NCBI GenBank assembly: GCA_963716145.1
Contig: OY970292.1
Coordinates: 901,404-965,403 of the forward strand
Origin: Candidatus Levyibacteriota bacterium
GTDB taxonomy: Bacteria; Patescibacteriota; Microgenomatia; Levybacterales; UBA12049
Length of the DNA: 64,000 bases
Reading direction: 5' to 3'
Positions 26,482 to 36,188 of the stretch are shown here, in pieces (position 1 is the first letter of the stretch; each line of letters starts with the position of its first letter). The position numbers and the translations under genes were made by a program. The notes beneath the pieces are model-generated. The model saw only the letters and a program-made list of their open reading frames with translations, was not told where the DNA came from and made no database searches.

Positions 26482-27438
26482 ATGAAGAAGTTAATAATCA
26501 TTGATGGGAATGCTATTCTTCACAGGGCGTACCATGCGTATCCTCCGCTGACAAACAATAAAGGTATGGTTATAAATGCCGTGTACGGGTTTTTTTCAAT
26601 GCTTTTTTCAATCATCACTGATCAGAAGCCCGAATATCTGGCGGTTTGTTTTGATAGACCCGAGCCGACATTTCGGCAAAGCCTGTTCGCCGGTTACCAA
26701 CAGGGACGGCCAAGTCTTCCCGATGATTTTGTCCCGCAAATCCTACTGGTTCATGAGCTTTTGGAAAAAATGAAAGTTGCTGTTTTTGAACTGGATGGAT
26801 ATGAAGCAGATGATTTGATTGGGACATTGGCGAAAAGATCAGTCAAAACAAAAAATTTGGAAGCTGTTATTGTCACGGGAGATCGTGACATGCTGCAGCT
26901 TGTGAATGGTAAAGTGAAAGTTATGATGCCTCTGCTCGGGATCACTAAGACCGTTACGTTTGATGAAAAGGCTGTTGAGGAAAAGTATGGAGTTACACCG
27001 AAGCAGTTTATAGACTATAAAGCGTTGATTGGCGACGCGTCTGACGGATATCCGGGAGTGACGGGGATTGGGCCAAAAGGTGCAGCGAATTTACTTAAAG
27101 AATATGGAACTTTTGAAAATCTTTACCAGAATATCCCCAATCTGCCTGAGAAGATAGGTCTCAAGCTCGCGACTGATGCCGAACAAGCGGCACTTGCCAA
27201 AAAACTTGCAACAATTGATACGGATGTACCTACTTCATTCGATATTAAAAAATGTCTATGTTCGGATTTTGATATCTCCAAGCTGCGTGAAGCGTTCCTG
27301 GATCAGGGATTTAATACTCTGACAAAAAGACTAGATACGGTATTTGGAGTTTCGAATCCAAATGTTACAGAGGAGACAAAAGAGCCAGATGAGACAAAGG
27401 TTGATAAAAAGACGAGCGATCAGTTGGAATTGCTATGA
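26482..27438 (+). CDS. Stand-alone 5'-3' exonuclease (Pol I N-terminal / flap endonuclease domain)
   Basis: IDGNAILHRAYHA, YEADDLIGTL, TGDRD, GDASDGYPGVTGIGPK; no polymerase domain follows. Confidence 0.9.
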   Translation: MKKLIIIDGNAILHRAYHAYPPLTNNKGMVINAVYGFFSMLFSIITDQKPEYLAVCFDRPEPTFRQSLFAGYQQGRPSLPDDFVPQILLVHELLEKMKVAVFELDGYEADDLIGTLAKRSVKTKNLEAVIVTGDRDMLQLVNGKVKVMMPLLGITKTVTFDEKAVEEKYGVTPKQFIDYKALIGDASDGYPGVTGIGPKGAANLLKEYGTFENLYQNIPNLPEKIGLKLATDAEQAALAKKLATIDTDVPTSFDIKKCLCSDFDISKLREAFLDQGFNTLTKRLDTVFGVSNPNVTEETKEPDETKVDKKTSDQLELL

Positions 27439-28603
27439 GAGTAGCCATTGTTCATGATTATATAAAAGAGTATGGAGGCGCGGAGCGTGTGCTCGAAACA
27501 TTATTGGAAATTTATCCTGATGCTGATGTTTATACTTCTCTTTATGCGCCGGAATTTTTGGCCCGCATAGAAGTAGATTTGAAAAATACAATATTAAAAC
27601 AACCTTTCTTAACCACATTCCCTTTCGTCATAAATTGATTTCTCCACTTAGGCTTTTATCTCCACTAGCGTTTTATAGTTTAGACTTATCAAATTATGAT
27701 GTGGTGGTTGTTTCTCAAACTGGTGCGTATTTTCCCAACATAGTTGGAGAGAGAATTAAGAAGGAAGAATTAAGAATTAAGGACGGAAAGAAGCCGGTTT
27801 TGATTTGTTACACACATACGCCACCGCGTTATCTTTATGGATACGCGACTGCGAGAGATTGGAAGAAGCATAAATCGTTTGCGGCTGTCGCGGAAATAGC
27901 AAATCACTTTTTGCGGATGACTGATTATAATTCTTCAAAAAATGTTGATTTTTTTATAGCGAATTCTGAGGAGATAGCGGGGCGGATTAAGAAATTTTAT
28001 AGAAGAGATGCCACCGTTATCTACCCTCCGGTAGATAACGCAATTTCAAATTTCAAATTTCAAATTACAAATAAGAATAAAAAAAATTATTTTTTGACTG
28101 GGGGGCGTTTGGCGAGGGCGAAGGGAATTGATGTGATTGTGAAGGCGTTTAATGAGAATGGGTTGCCTCTTAAGATATTTGGGAAAGGATTTGCAGGATA
28201 CCAGGAAGAGCTCAAAAAAGAAGTAAGAAGTAAGAATCAAGAATCAAGGATAGAGTTTTTGTGGGAGGTAACAGATAAGGAAAAGCTGGAGTTGATGAGA
28301 AATGCAAAAGCTTTTATTTTCGCGTCGTATGACGAGGATTTCGGTATAACACCCGTTGAAAGTATGAGTGTCGGGACGCCTATTATTGCATTCAGAAGTG
28401 GGGGGGTTAAAGAAACTGTCGTTGACGGAAAAACAGGATTATTCTTTGAGGAAAATACACCTGAAGCGTTAAATGCTGCCGTTAAAAGTTTTGAAAAGTT
28501 AAAACTTGATCCGAAAGATTGCATAAAACAAGCGGAAAAGTTTTCTTCAGCGCGATTTAAAAAAGAGATAAAAGAATTTGTTAATTCGAAAGTAAAAAAA
28601 TAA
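27435..28603 (+). CDS. GT4 glycosyltransferase; one base missing near 27560
   Basis: MRVAIVHDY..YGGAERV; adding one G gives FLGPHRSRFEKY...; YTHTPPRYLY, IYPPV, EDFGITPVESM. Three heptamer arrays inside (27751-85, 28042-69, 28218-52). Confidence 0.88.
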
Positions 28604-28604
28604 T

Positions 28605-29459
28605 ATGCCAGAACTACCTGAAGTAGAAACTATTAGATTAGGACTGCAGAGATATCTCATTGGACACAAAATTGTTGACGTTGATGTGAGTTTGATAAGA
28701 ATATTTTCTGGCGACACCAAAAAAATTATCGGCGGAAAAGTTGTTGCTGTCAGGCGGTTTGGTAAAGGTTTGTTAATTGATTTGGATAATGATTACAGCA
28801 TTGCGGTACACGTAAAAATGACAGGCCAACTCCTCTATAGAAAAGTATCAAAAGAAGAAAAAGTATCAAAGGTATCAAATGTCAAGGTTGATGTCGGGAA
28901 ATTACCGGATGTTTATACACATGTTGTTTTCAGATTGGATAAAGATGCAACTCTTTTCTACCGCGATATGCGGCAATTCGGGTGGGTGAAAATTATTAAG
29001 ACCAAAGATGCAGTTGAGATGCCATTCTTCAAATCACTTGGACCTGAACCGCTTAAGGATTTGGATTTAAAAAAGTTTCAGGCGATAATTTCCAAAAATA
29101 AAACAAATATAAAAGTTCTACTTATGGATCAGAAGAAAATTTCTGGGATTGGAAATATTTACGCAAATGACGCTCTTTTTGTCGCAGGAATTGACCCCCG
29201 CCGCTACAGCGCCTCACTTACTCAGAAAGAACAAGTAAAATTATTTAAAGCAATAGAGCAAGTATTGAAAAAAGGTCTTGAAGCAGGTGGGGCAAGTGAG
29301 TGGCATTATGTTGATGCATTGGGTGGTTCAGGTAATTATCAAAATTTTTTTCAAGTTTATAATAAAAAAGGAAAATCCTGCAAAAATTGTGGAAGCATAA
29401 TAGAAAAAATTACACTAGGTGGACGAGGCACCTTCTTTTGTCCCCAATGCCAGAATTAA
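28605..29459 (+). CDS. mutM: Formamidopyrimidine-DNA glycosylase
   Basis: MPELPEVET, HVKMTG, GIGNIYANDALF, GGRGTFFCPQCQ. Confidence 0.96.
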   Translation: MPELPEVETIRLGLQRYLIGHKIVDVDVSLIRIFSGDTKKIIGGKVVAVRRFGKGLLIDLDNDYSIAVHVKMTGQLLYRKVSKEEKVSKVSNVKVDVGKLPDVYTHVVFRLDKDATLFYRDMRQFGWVKIIKTKDAVEMPFFKSLGPEPLKDLDLKKFQAIISKNKTNIKVLLMDQKKISGIGNIYANDALFVAGIDPRRYSASLTQKEQVKLFKAIEQVLKKGLEAGGASEWHYVDALGGSGNYQNFFQVYNKKGKSCKNCGSIIEKITLGGRGTFFCPQCQN

Positions 29460-29516
29460 GCCGTTTGTCTTTCCAGCGGTTTTTTGCTAGTATTGATACT
29501 TAGAACTTAGAAAGTT

Positions 29517-30227
29517 ATGGGTAATAAGAACAGTCGTAAACGGATTATTATTTCAGTCGGAGGATCCCTCATCGTCCCTCAGGATGGAATCGGTATTGAT
29601 TTTCTCAAACAGCTCAATGCCTTCATAAGAGAAAAGCTGGCAGAGGATCCAACCCGCCAGTTTTTTTTAGTTACAGGCGGTGGAACTACGGCAAGACATT
29701 ATATTGATGCAGGCCAGCAAGTAATAGAGCACCAGTTATCAAGGGATGATTTGGATTGGCTGGGAATTCACTCAAGTCGGCTTAACGCCCATCTCGTCAG
29801 GACAATTTTCCGCGATATCGCTCATCCATATATCGTAAAAAACTTTGATATTATCAGAAAAGCTGAAGAGTCTGTGGTGGTTGCTGCGGGCTGGAAGCCT
29901 GGTTGGTCAACTGATTATTGTGCGGTTTTGATTGGAGAAGATTATGGAGTTGAAACCGTACTTAATTTAAGTAATATTTCCGAAGTCTACGATAAAGATC
30001 CGAATAAATTTAAAGATGCAAAACCTTATAAAAAAATGGACTGGGACGAATTTAGAAAACTAGTGGGGGACGAATGGACGCCAGGAATGAATACTCCTTT
30101 TGATCCGATTGCTGCTAAAAAAGCTCAAGAAATGGGGATAAAAGTGGTAATTATGTCGGGAACAGATTTTGATAATCTTGAAAAGTATTTTAAAGGTGAA
30201 GATTTTGTGGGAACAACAATAGAGTAA
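29517..30227 (+). CDS. pyrH: UMP kinase, archaeal type
   Basis: ISVGGSLI, GGGTTARHY, GWKPGWSTD, VYDKDP, PFDPIAA. Confidence 0.9.
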   Translation: MGNKNSRKRIIISVGGSLIVPQDGIGIDFLKQLNAFIREKLAEDPTRQFFLVTGGGTTARHYIDAGQQVIEHQLSRDDLDWLGIHSSRLNAHLVRTIFRDIAHPYIVKNFDIIRKAEESVVVAAGWKPGWSTDYCAVLIGEDYGVETVLNLSNISEVYDKDPNKFKDAKPYKKMDWDEFRKLVGDEWTPGMNTPFDPIAAKKAQEMGIKVVIMSGTDFDNLEKYFKGEDFVGTTIE

Positions 30228-30343
30228 TTTTCAATTTTCAATTTGAAGTTTTCAATGAGATTGTAATTTACAATGTTTAAAACATTAAAAATTTAATCAT
30301 TTAAAATTCATTTCAAATTGTAAATTTTAAATTTCAAATTAAG
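30226..30343. repeat. TTTTCAA heptamer element, intergenic
   Basis: TTTTCAA TTTTCAA TTTGAAG TTTTCAA TGAGAT...TTAAAACATT...AAAATTCATTTCAAATTGTAAATTTTAAATTTCAAATT. Confidence 0.75.
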
Positions 30344-30346
30344 TGA

Positions 30347-31426
30347 ATGATATTAAAGCATCTCTCTCTTCAAAATTTCAGAAATTATACTAAATCCGAG
30401 TTTAGTTTTAGTCCTAGGACAACTATAATCATTGGGCCAAACGCAATTGGAAAATCAAATATTCTCGAGGCAATATATCTCCTGTCCACAGGAAAGAGTT
30501 TTCGGACGGATAAAGACAAACAGATCTTAAAATTTGGTCAAAGTAATTGTCGGGTAAAAGGTTTGATTGAGGGGGAAAAAGAGACAGACGAGACAAAGGA
30601 GACAAATGAGCTAGAGGTAGTTTTGGTAGAATCATCTACCGAATTCTTGCAAAAAAAGTATTCGGCCAATGGAGTTTCTAAGAGCAGAATAAATTTTGCA
30701 ACTAAGATGCCAGTGGTTCTGTTTACTCCAATGGACCTGGATCTGGTAGCAGGGCAGCCAGGAACCAGACGCAAATTTTTGGATGAAGTACTTACGCAGA
30801 TTGATCCAGAATATCACCAAGCACACATTGCATATATTAAAGCTTTAAGACAGAGAAACGCTCTTCTCCAGCAAGCACAAGAGAGAGGACAAAGAGATGA
30901 TAAGCTTTTTGCTTATTGGGATGAACTGCTTATTAGAAACGGGCAAAGTATTTCAAAAAAACGCACTGAATTAATTGAATACATAAATAAAACAAAAAAA
31001 GAAATTTTTGAATTTGATTTGAAGTATGACCGGAGTGAAATTTCTAAAGAGAGACTCATACAGTATAAAAATGCAGAAGTTGGTGCAGGAGTTACGTTGG
31101 TCGGACCGCACAGAGATGACGTATTGATAAAAGCCAAAAATAAACTTTCGAAAAATTCTGAGGAGGTAAGATACTTTGGTTCACGCGGTCAGCAAAGGCT
31201 TGTCGCGCTTGAGCTAAAACTTTCGCAGATTGCAATTATTAAAGAAAAGACAGAAAATGAACCAATACTTTTGTTGGACGATGTTTTTTCAGAGTTAGAT
31301 AGCAGCAATATTTCGCATGTGTTAAATTTAATGAATATTTATCAAACAATCGCGACAACAACCCATGAAGAATTTATAGGAAAACATGAATTAAAAAATT
31401 TAGAAATGATAAGATTGGGAAAGTAA
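30347..31426 (+). CDS. recF: DNA replication/repair protein RecF
   Basis: LQNFRNY, GPNAIGKSNILEAI, GPHRDD, SRGQQR, LLLDDVFSELD. Confidence 0.96.
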   Translation: MILKHLSLQNFRNYTKSEFSFSPRTTIIIGPNAIGKSNILEAIYLLSTGKSFRTDKDKQILKFGQSNCRVKGLIEGEKETDETKETNELEVVLVESSTEFLQKKYSANGVSKSRINFATKMPVVLFTPMDLDLVAGQPGTRRKFLDEVLTQIDPEYHQAHIAYIKALRQRNALLQQAQERGQRDDKLFAYWDELLIRNGQSISKKRTELIEYINKTKKEIFEFDLKYDRSEISKERLIQYKNAEVGAGVTLVGPHRDDVLIKAKNKLSKNSEEVRYFGSRGQQRLVALELKLSQIAIIKEKTENEPILLLDDVFSELDSSNISHVLNLMNIYQTIATTTHEEFIGKHELKNLEMIRLGK

Positions 31427-31429
31427 ACT

Positions 31430-31480
31430 AATTTTCAATTCTAAATTTTCAATTTTCATTGAAATCTAAATATTAAAATT
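31430..31480. repeat. Short copy of the TTTTCAA element
   Basis: ATTTTCAATTCTAAATTTTCAATTTTCATTGAAATCTAAATATTAAAATT. Confidence 0.6.
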
Positions 31481-32335
31481 ATGAATAAATTTAATCCGCA
31501 AGATTTAAAGCAATTATATGCTCCCCCAGTAGATTCGCATAAAGGAGAGAATGGTAAACTGATTCTAATTGGAGGATCTCACTTATTTCATGCCGCATCT
31601 TTATGGGCATTAACCATTGCTTCAAAAATTGTGGATATGGTTTTTTATTCATCTGTTGATGAGAATAATGAGATTGTCTTGAGAGCAAAAGAAGAATTTC
31701 GAAACGGTATAGTTGTGCCCAGAGGCAAGGTTGAAAACTATATTGAAGAAGCAGATTGTGTATTAATAGGTCCCGGTTTGCCAAGAAAAGAAGGGGAGGA
31801 AATTGGCGATGATGATACTAAAGAATTAACAGAAAGACTATTTGCAAAATTTCCTGATAAGAAATGGGTTATTGATGGAGGTTCATTACAAGTTGTTGCT
31901 CCTGAAGCATTACCCAAGAACTCAATTATTACACCGCATTTAGGCGAGTTTGAAAAATTAAAACTCAAAATGCAAAACTCAAAACTTAAGATTGCAATGC
32001 AAAACTCAAAATTGGAAGAACAGGTCCAAATTTTTGCGAAAGAATACGGATTGATAGTTTTGCTCAAAGGTCAAAAAGACTTTATTTGCTCTACGGATAA
32101 ATGCGCACTGGTTTCAGGAGGGAATGCGGGTATGACCAAGGGAGGGACAGGGGACGTGTTATCCGGTCTGGTCGCGGCTTTAGCTTGTAAAAATAATTTA
32201 TTTCTAGCGGCCTCAGCAGGGTCTTGCATAAATAAAAAAGCTGGAGAAAGTTTATTTGAAAAAGTAGGATATAACTTTAATGCATCAGATCTGGTAGATG
32301 AGATACCGGTGGTAATGAAAAATTTGCTTGCATAA
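31481..32335 (+). CDS. nnrD: ADP-dependent NAD(P)H-hydrate dehydratase
   Basis: SHKGENG, IGPGL, ITPHLGEF, LLKG, GNAGMTKGGTGDVLSG. Confidence 0.92.
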   Translation: MNKFNPQDLKQLYAPPVDSHKGENGKLILIGGSHLFHAASLWALTIASKIVDMVFYSSVDENNEIVLRAKEEFRNGIVVPRGKVENYIEEADCVLIGPGLPRKEGEEIGDDDTKELTERLFAKFPDKKWVIDGGSLQVVAPEALPKNSIITPHLGEFEKLKLKMQNSKLKIAMQNSKLEEQVQIFAKEYGLIVLLKGQKDFICSTDKCALVSGGNAGMTKGGTGDVLSGLVAALACKNNLFLAASAGSCINKKAGESLFEKVGYNFNASDLVDEIPVVMKNLLA

Positions 32336-32380
32336 TTATTTGTTGCCAAAATTCGGGAAATATGCGAGAATTAAATCCTC

Positions 32381-33433
32381 ATGTATACTCCAAAATTTAC
32401 AATCTCCAACAAAATTCTCAAAAATATAGGCATAATTGAAGCATGTAAAGAAGTTATAGATCATGCACCTCTTTTGCCTTTTTATGAAAAAGAATTCCGC
32501 AAAGATGCACTGACCAGAGCAGTTCATTATGGTACACACATTGAAGGAAATGAGCTAGATCTAAGTCAAGCTGAGAAAGTCATGATGGGTGAAGAAGTCG
32601 CCGCTCGTGATCGGGATATTCAGGAAGTAATCAATTATAGAAAAGTAATGGAGCGGATTGGAGAATCAAGAATTAGAAATCAAAAAGAAGGAATTAATGA
32701 AGAGTTTATTTTGGAGTTACATAAAATGACTGTTGAAAAAATCTTATCAGCTGAGAGGTGCGGAGTTTATCGATCTACGCAGGTGGTTGTTAAAAACAGT
32801 CTGACTGGGGAAGTTACCTTTCGTCCTCCGCTTCCAATTGCAGTTCCCATTCAAGTGAAAGAATTGATCGAATTCATGAATCAGTCAGGAGATGTCCATC
32901 CGGTTCTAAAATCCGGCACAGTTCACTATGAACTAGCAAGAATTCATCCCTTTGTTGATGGAAACGGGAGAGTCGCACGGGCACTCTCTACCTATATTCT
33001 CTTTCAGGAAGAATATGATATCCGGAAATTTTTTTCACTTGAGGAGTACTTTGACCGGGATGCTGCCCGTTATTATGATTCTCTTCAAAGCGTTGCCAGA
33101 TCGGATGGAGATTTATCAATTTGGCTTGAATATTTTACACAAGGTCTTGCAATTGAGCTTTCAAAAATAAAAAATAAAATTGAGAAAATATCCATTGACG
33201 CTGGACTTAAGCAAAAGCTGGGCGGTGCCCCGCTGCTTTTGTCAGATAGGCAGCTTAAAATAATAGAGTATATTCAGAAAACAGGATTTTTGCAAAACCA
33301 GGCATTTTTAAGCCTTTTTCCAATGGTGTCAGAGGATACAGTTTTGAATGAAATAAAATCGTTATTGAAAGCAGGTATAATAAAAAAATCCGGAAAAACA
33401 AAAGGCGCTAAATACATAATGGCGACGAAATGA
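32381..33433 (+). CDS. Fic family protein with C-terminal wHTH
   Basis: THIEGN; canonical HPFVDGNGRVAR. Confidence 0.92.
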   Translation: MYTPKFTISNKILKNIGIIEACKEVIDHAPLLPFYEKEFRKDALTRAVHYGTHIEGNELDLSQAEKVMMGEEVAARDRDIQEVINYRKVMERIGESRIRNQKEGINEEFILELHKMTVEKILSAERCGVYRSTQVVVKNSLTGEVTFRPPLPIAVPIQVKELIEFMNQSGDVHPVLKSGTVHYELARIHPFVDGNGRVARALSTYILFQEEYDIRKFFSLEEYFDRDAARYYDSLQSVARSDGDLSIWLEYFTQGLAIELSKIKNKIEKISIDAGLKQKLGGAPLLLSDRQLKIIEYIQKTGFLQNQAFLSLFPMVSEDTVLNEIKSLLKAGIIKKSGKTKGAKYIMATK

Positions 33434-33434
33434 T

Positions 33435-35186
33435 ATGAAATTTTCAGAACTTGCAAATTATTTTGAAAAATTGGAAGAGACTTCCTCACGCTTAGTACTT
33501 ATTGATATTTTAGCCGACTTGTTTAAGCATACGGATAAAGAGGAGATTGAGAAGATAATTTATCTGACGCAGGGGAGAATCGCGCCGTTTTTTGCGCCGG
33601 TTGAAATAGGAATGGCGGATAAAACAATTGCTGACGCTCTAGCTCGGGCGTTTGAACAAAAGAAAGATTACGTTTTGCAATTATACGGCAAAGTTGGAGA
33701 CATGGGATTAGTCGCACAGCAATTGAGCTCAAAGTTCAAATTGCAAAGTTCAAAGTTAAAGGTTGAGGACGTTTTTAAGATCTTAACTGAAATTGCCGGG
33801 ACGTCTGGTGCCGGGACTGTTGAGAAAAGGATAACACTTCTTTCTGATTTGTTGAAAAAAGTAGATCCGATTTCGGCTAAGCATCTGGTCCGCGTTCCTC
33901 TTGGTAAAACACGTCTCGGTATTGGTGACCCGACAATTCTTGACGCACTTGCGCTTGCGATATTAGGCGACCGTGGCAAAAGAAAACTTTTGGAAAAAGC
34001 GTATAACGAAACATCAGATTTGGGTTTAATCGGGAAAACGCTTAAAAAAGAAGGTTTGGCAAAAGTCCAAAAGTTAACAGTCACGGTTGGCAGGCCGATC
34101 AGATCAGAACTTTGCGAACGTTTGCCAAATCCTGAAAAGGTTTTTTCTAAAATGGGTGATAAGGTTCATGCCACTCCGAAGTATGATGGTTTTCGTGTCC
34201 AAATCCATAAAGACGGAGATAGGGTCTCAATGTTTTCCCGCAACCTTGAAGATATGACGCATATGTTTCCTGAGCTCATTAAGGGAACTCTTGACCAGGT
34301 AAAAGCTAAGACTGCAATTCTTGATACAGAAGCTCTTGCCTATCAACCGGAATCCGAAGAATTTTTACCGTTTCAGGAAACGACCAAGAGACGCAGAAAA
34401 CACGGAATTGAAGATATGGTGCTGGCTTTACCGCTGAGGGCTTTTGTTTTTGATATTCTCTACGTCGATGGGAAGTCGCTAATTGATACCCCGCTTCATA
34501 AACGGATAGAAATGCTAAAAAAAATCGTTGAGAAAGGCGATACGCTACTTTCGGCTCCAGGTGATATTCTAGACAAACCGGAAAAACTGCAACTGATGCT
34601 TGATGACTCGATTTCAAAAGGTCTTGAAGGCGTAGTTGTCAAAAAAATTGATTCTCTGTATGAAGCGGGAGGGCGCAACTTTAATTGGGTTAAATTGAAG
34701 CGTCATTCATCAGGAGAACTTCATGACACTATCGATACTGTAATTTTGGGATATATTTTCGGCAAAGGAAAAAGAACGGCATTTGGCGCGGGAGCATTAT
34801 TGGTTGGAATTTACGATAAAAAGAATGACGAATTTGTGACAGTCAGCAAAATCGGGACCGGACTAACAGATGAAGAGTGGAGAAGTATCAAACAAAAAAC
34901 AAAAGGAGCAGAACTATCGCACAAGCCGGCGCGGGTTAATTCTCTGATTACTCCAAGCGTTTGGGTCAGGCCTGAAATTGTGATTGAAGTCCTGGCTGAT
35001 GAGATCACAAGAAGTCCTTTGCATACGGCGGGTTCTGCAAAGCAGAATTCAGAAAGACAGAAAGAACCCGGCTACGCATTAAGGTTTCCCCGTTTGGTAA
35101 ATTTCCGGGATAAAGACAAGAAGGCAGAAGATGCTACTACAGTAGACGAACTTATAAAGATGTTTGAACAACAAGGAAAACAATAA
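33435..35186 (+). CDS. ATP-dependent DNA ligase, archaeal/eukaryal-like three-domain
   Basis: N-terminal DNA-binding domain; KYDGFRVQIH; EGVVVK; WVKLK; GTG; LRFPR. Confidence 0.93.
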   Translation: MKFSELANYFEKLEETSSRLVLIDILADLFKHTDKEEIEKIIYLTQGRIAPFFAPVEIGMADKTIADALARAFEQKKDYVLQLYGKVGDMGLVAQQLSSKFKLQSSKLKVEDVFKILTEIAGTSGAGTVEKRITLLSDLLKKVDPISAKHLVRVPLGKTRLGIGDPTILDALALAILGDRGKRKLLEKAYNETSDLGLIGKTLKKEGLAKVQKLTVTVGRPIRSELCERLPNPEKVFSKMGDKVHATPKYDGFRVQIHKDGDRVSMFSRNLEDMTHMFPELIKGTLDQVKAKTAILDTEALAYQPESEEFLPFQETTKRRRKHGIEDMVLALPLRAFVFDILYVDGKSLIDTPLHKRIEMLKKIVEKGDTLLSAPGDILDKPEKLQLMLDDSISKGLEGVVVKKIDSLYEAGGRNFNWVKLKRHSSGELHDTIDTVILGYIFGKGKRTAFGAGALLVGIYDKKNDEFVTVSKIGTGLTDEEWRSIKQKTKGAELSHKPARVNSLITPSVWVRPEIVIEVLADEITRSPLHTAGSAKQNSERQKEPGYALRFPRLVNFRDKDKKAEDATTVDELIKMFEQQGKQ

Positions 35187-35205
35187 GGTTATGCTAAGAT
35201 AAATT

Positions 35206-36183
35206 ATGGCCGAAGAATCTCTTTTTCCTCCTGAAACAGCCGGCGGGTTGATGGTAACTCAGTTACCAACTGCTCATCGTACAAATACCGTTTCCGAAGT
35301 GGTTGAGCGAATTTCAAAAAAAAAGTGGGATGATATATATTTCGTTTACGTCCTAACACAGGATGGGAAATTAATCGGACTTGTTCCTCTTACCATTCTT
35401 CTTGCGTCCCCCAAAACAAAAACAATGGATGAATTGATGATAAAGCCGCTTCTCACACTAACACCTGAAACAGACCAGGAAAAAGTAGTAATTGAGGCTA
35501 TAAAATTGGATATTGAGCAGGTTCCGGTTGTTGATCATGAGGATAAATTCCTGGGAGTTGTTGTAGCGGACCGGATAATTGATGTTTTGCACGACGAACA
35601 TCTGGAAGATTTTCTGCGGTCTTCAGGTATAAGGGGTAAGGGATCGCACATTTTGGAGTTAGCAGGTGGCAGGTTGATTCATGCTGTCCAATCAAGAATA
35701 CCGTGGTTATTGGTAGGGCTTGGTATTGGTTTGGGGTTAAGCTTGGTGTCAAGCAGGTTTGAAGGTTCTCTGCAGAAAAATATCGCCCTGGCCTATTTCA
35801 TACCGGTTATCGCTTATGTCGCGGATTCTGTCGGAACACAATCAGAAACCATTTTTATCCGTGCGTCAACAGTGCTGAAGTTGAATTTGTTTACTTATCT
35901 ATTGAAAGAATTTTTTATCGGTTCAACAATTGGGGTAGTTTTGGGAATAATTGGTGGAATAGGAGGAGCATTAATCTCTCAATCAATTTCAATTGGATTG
36001 GTAGTTGGAGTTTCCCTCTTTTGTGCCATAACTGTTTCCGCTGTACTTGCTTGCGTTACTCCCATTTGTTTTACTGCTCTTAAAAAAGACCCGGCTCTTG
36101 GGTCAGGCCCACTGACAACAGCAATTCAGGATCTTATTAGCATAACTATATATTTTTTAGTCGCAGGAATGCTTTTACACTAG
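35206..36183 (+). CDS. mgtE: MgtE-family magnesium transporter (CBS pair + TM domain)
   Basis: YPPETAGGLM-like start; RIPWL; VGTQ; DPALGSGPLTTAIQD. Confidence 0.88.
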   Translation: MAEESLFPPETAGGLMVTQLPTAHRTNTVSEVVERISKKKWDDIYFVYVLTQDGKLIGLVPLTILLASPKTKTMDELMIKPLLTLTPETDQEKVVIEAIKLDIEQVPVVDHEDKFLGVVVADRIIDVLHDEHLEDFLRSSGIRGKGSHILELAGGRLIHAVQSRIPWLLVGLGIGLGLSLVSSRFEGSLQKNIALAYFIPVIAYVADSVGTQSETIFIRASTVLKLNLFTYLLKEFFIGSTIGVVLGIIGGIGGALISQSISIGLVVGVSLFCAITVSAVLACVTPICFTALKKDPALGSGPLTTAIQDLISITIYFLVAGMLLH

Positions 36184-36188
36184 TTTGC

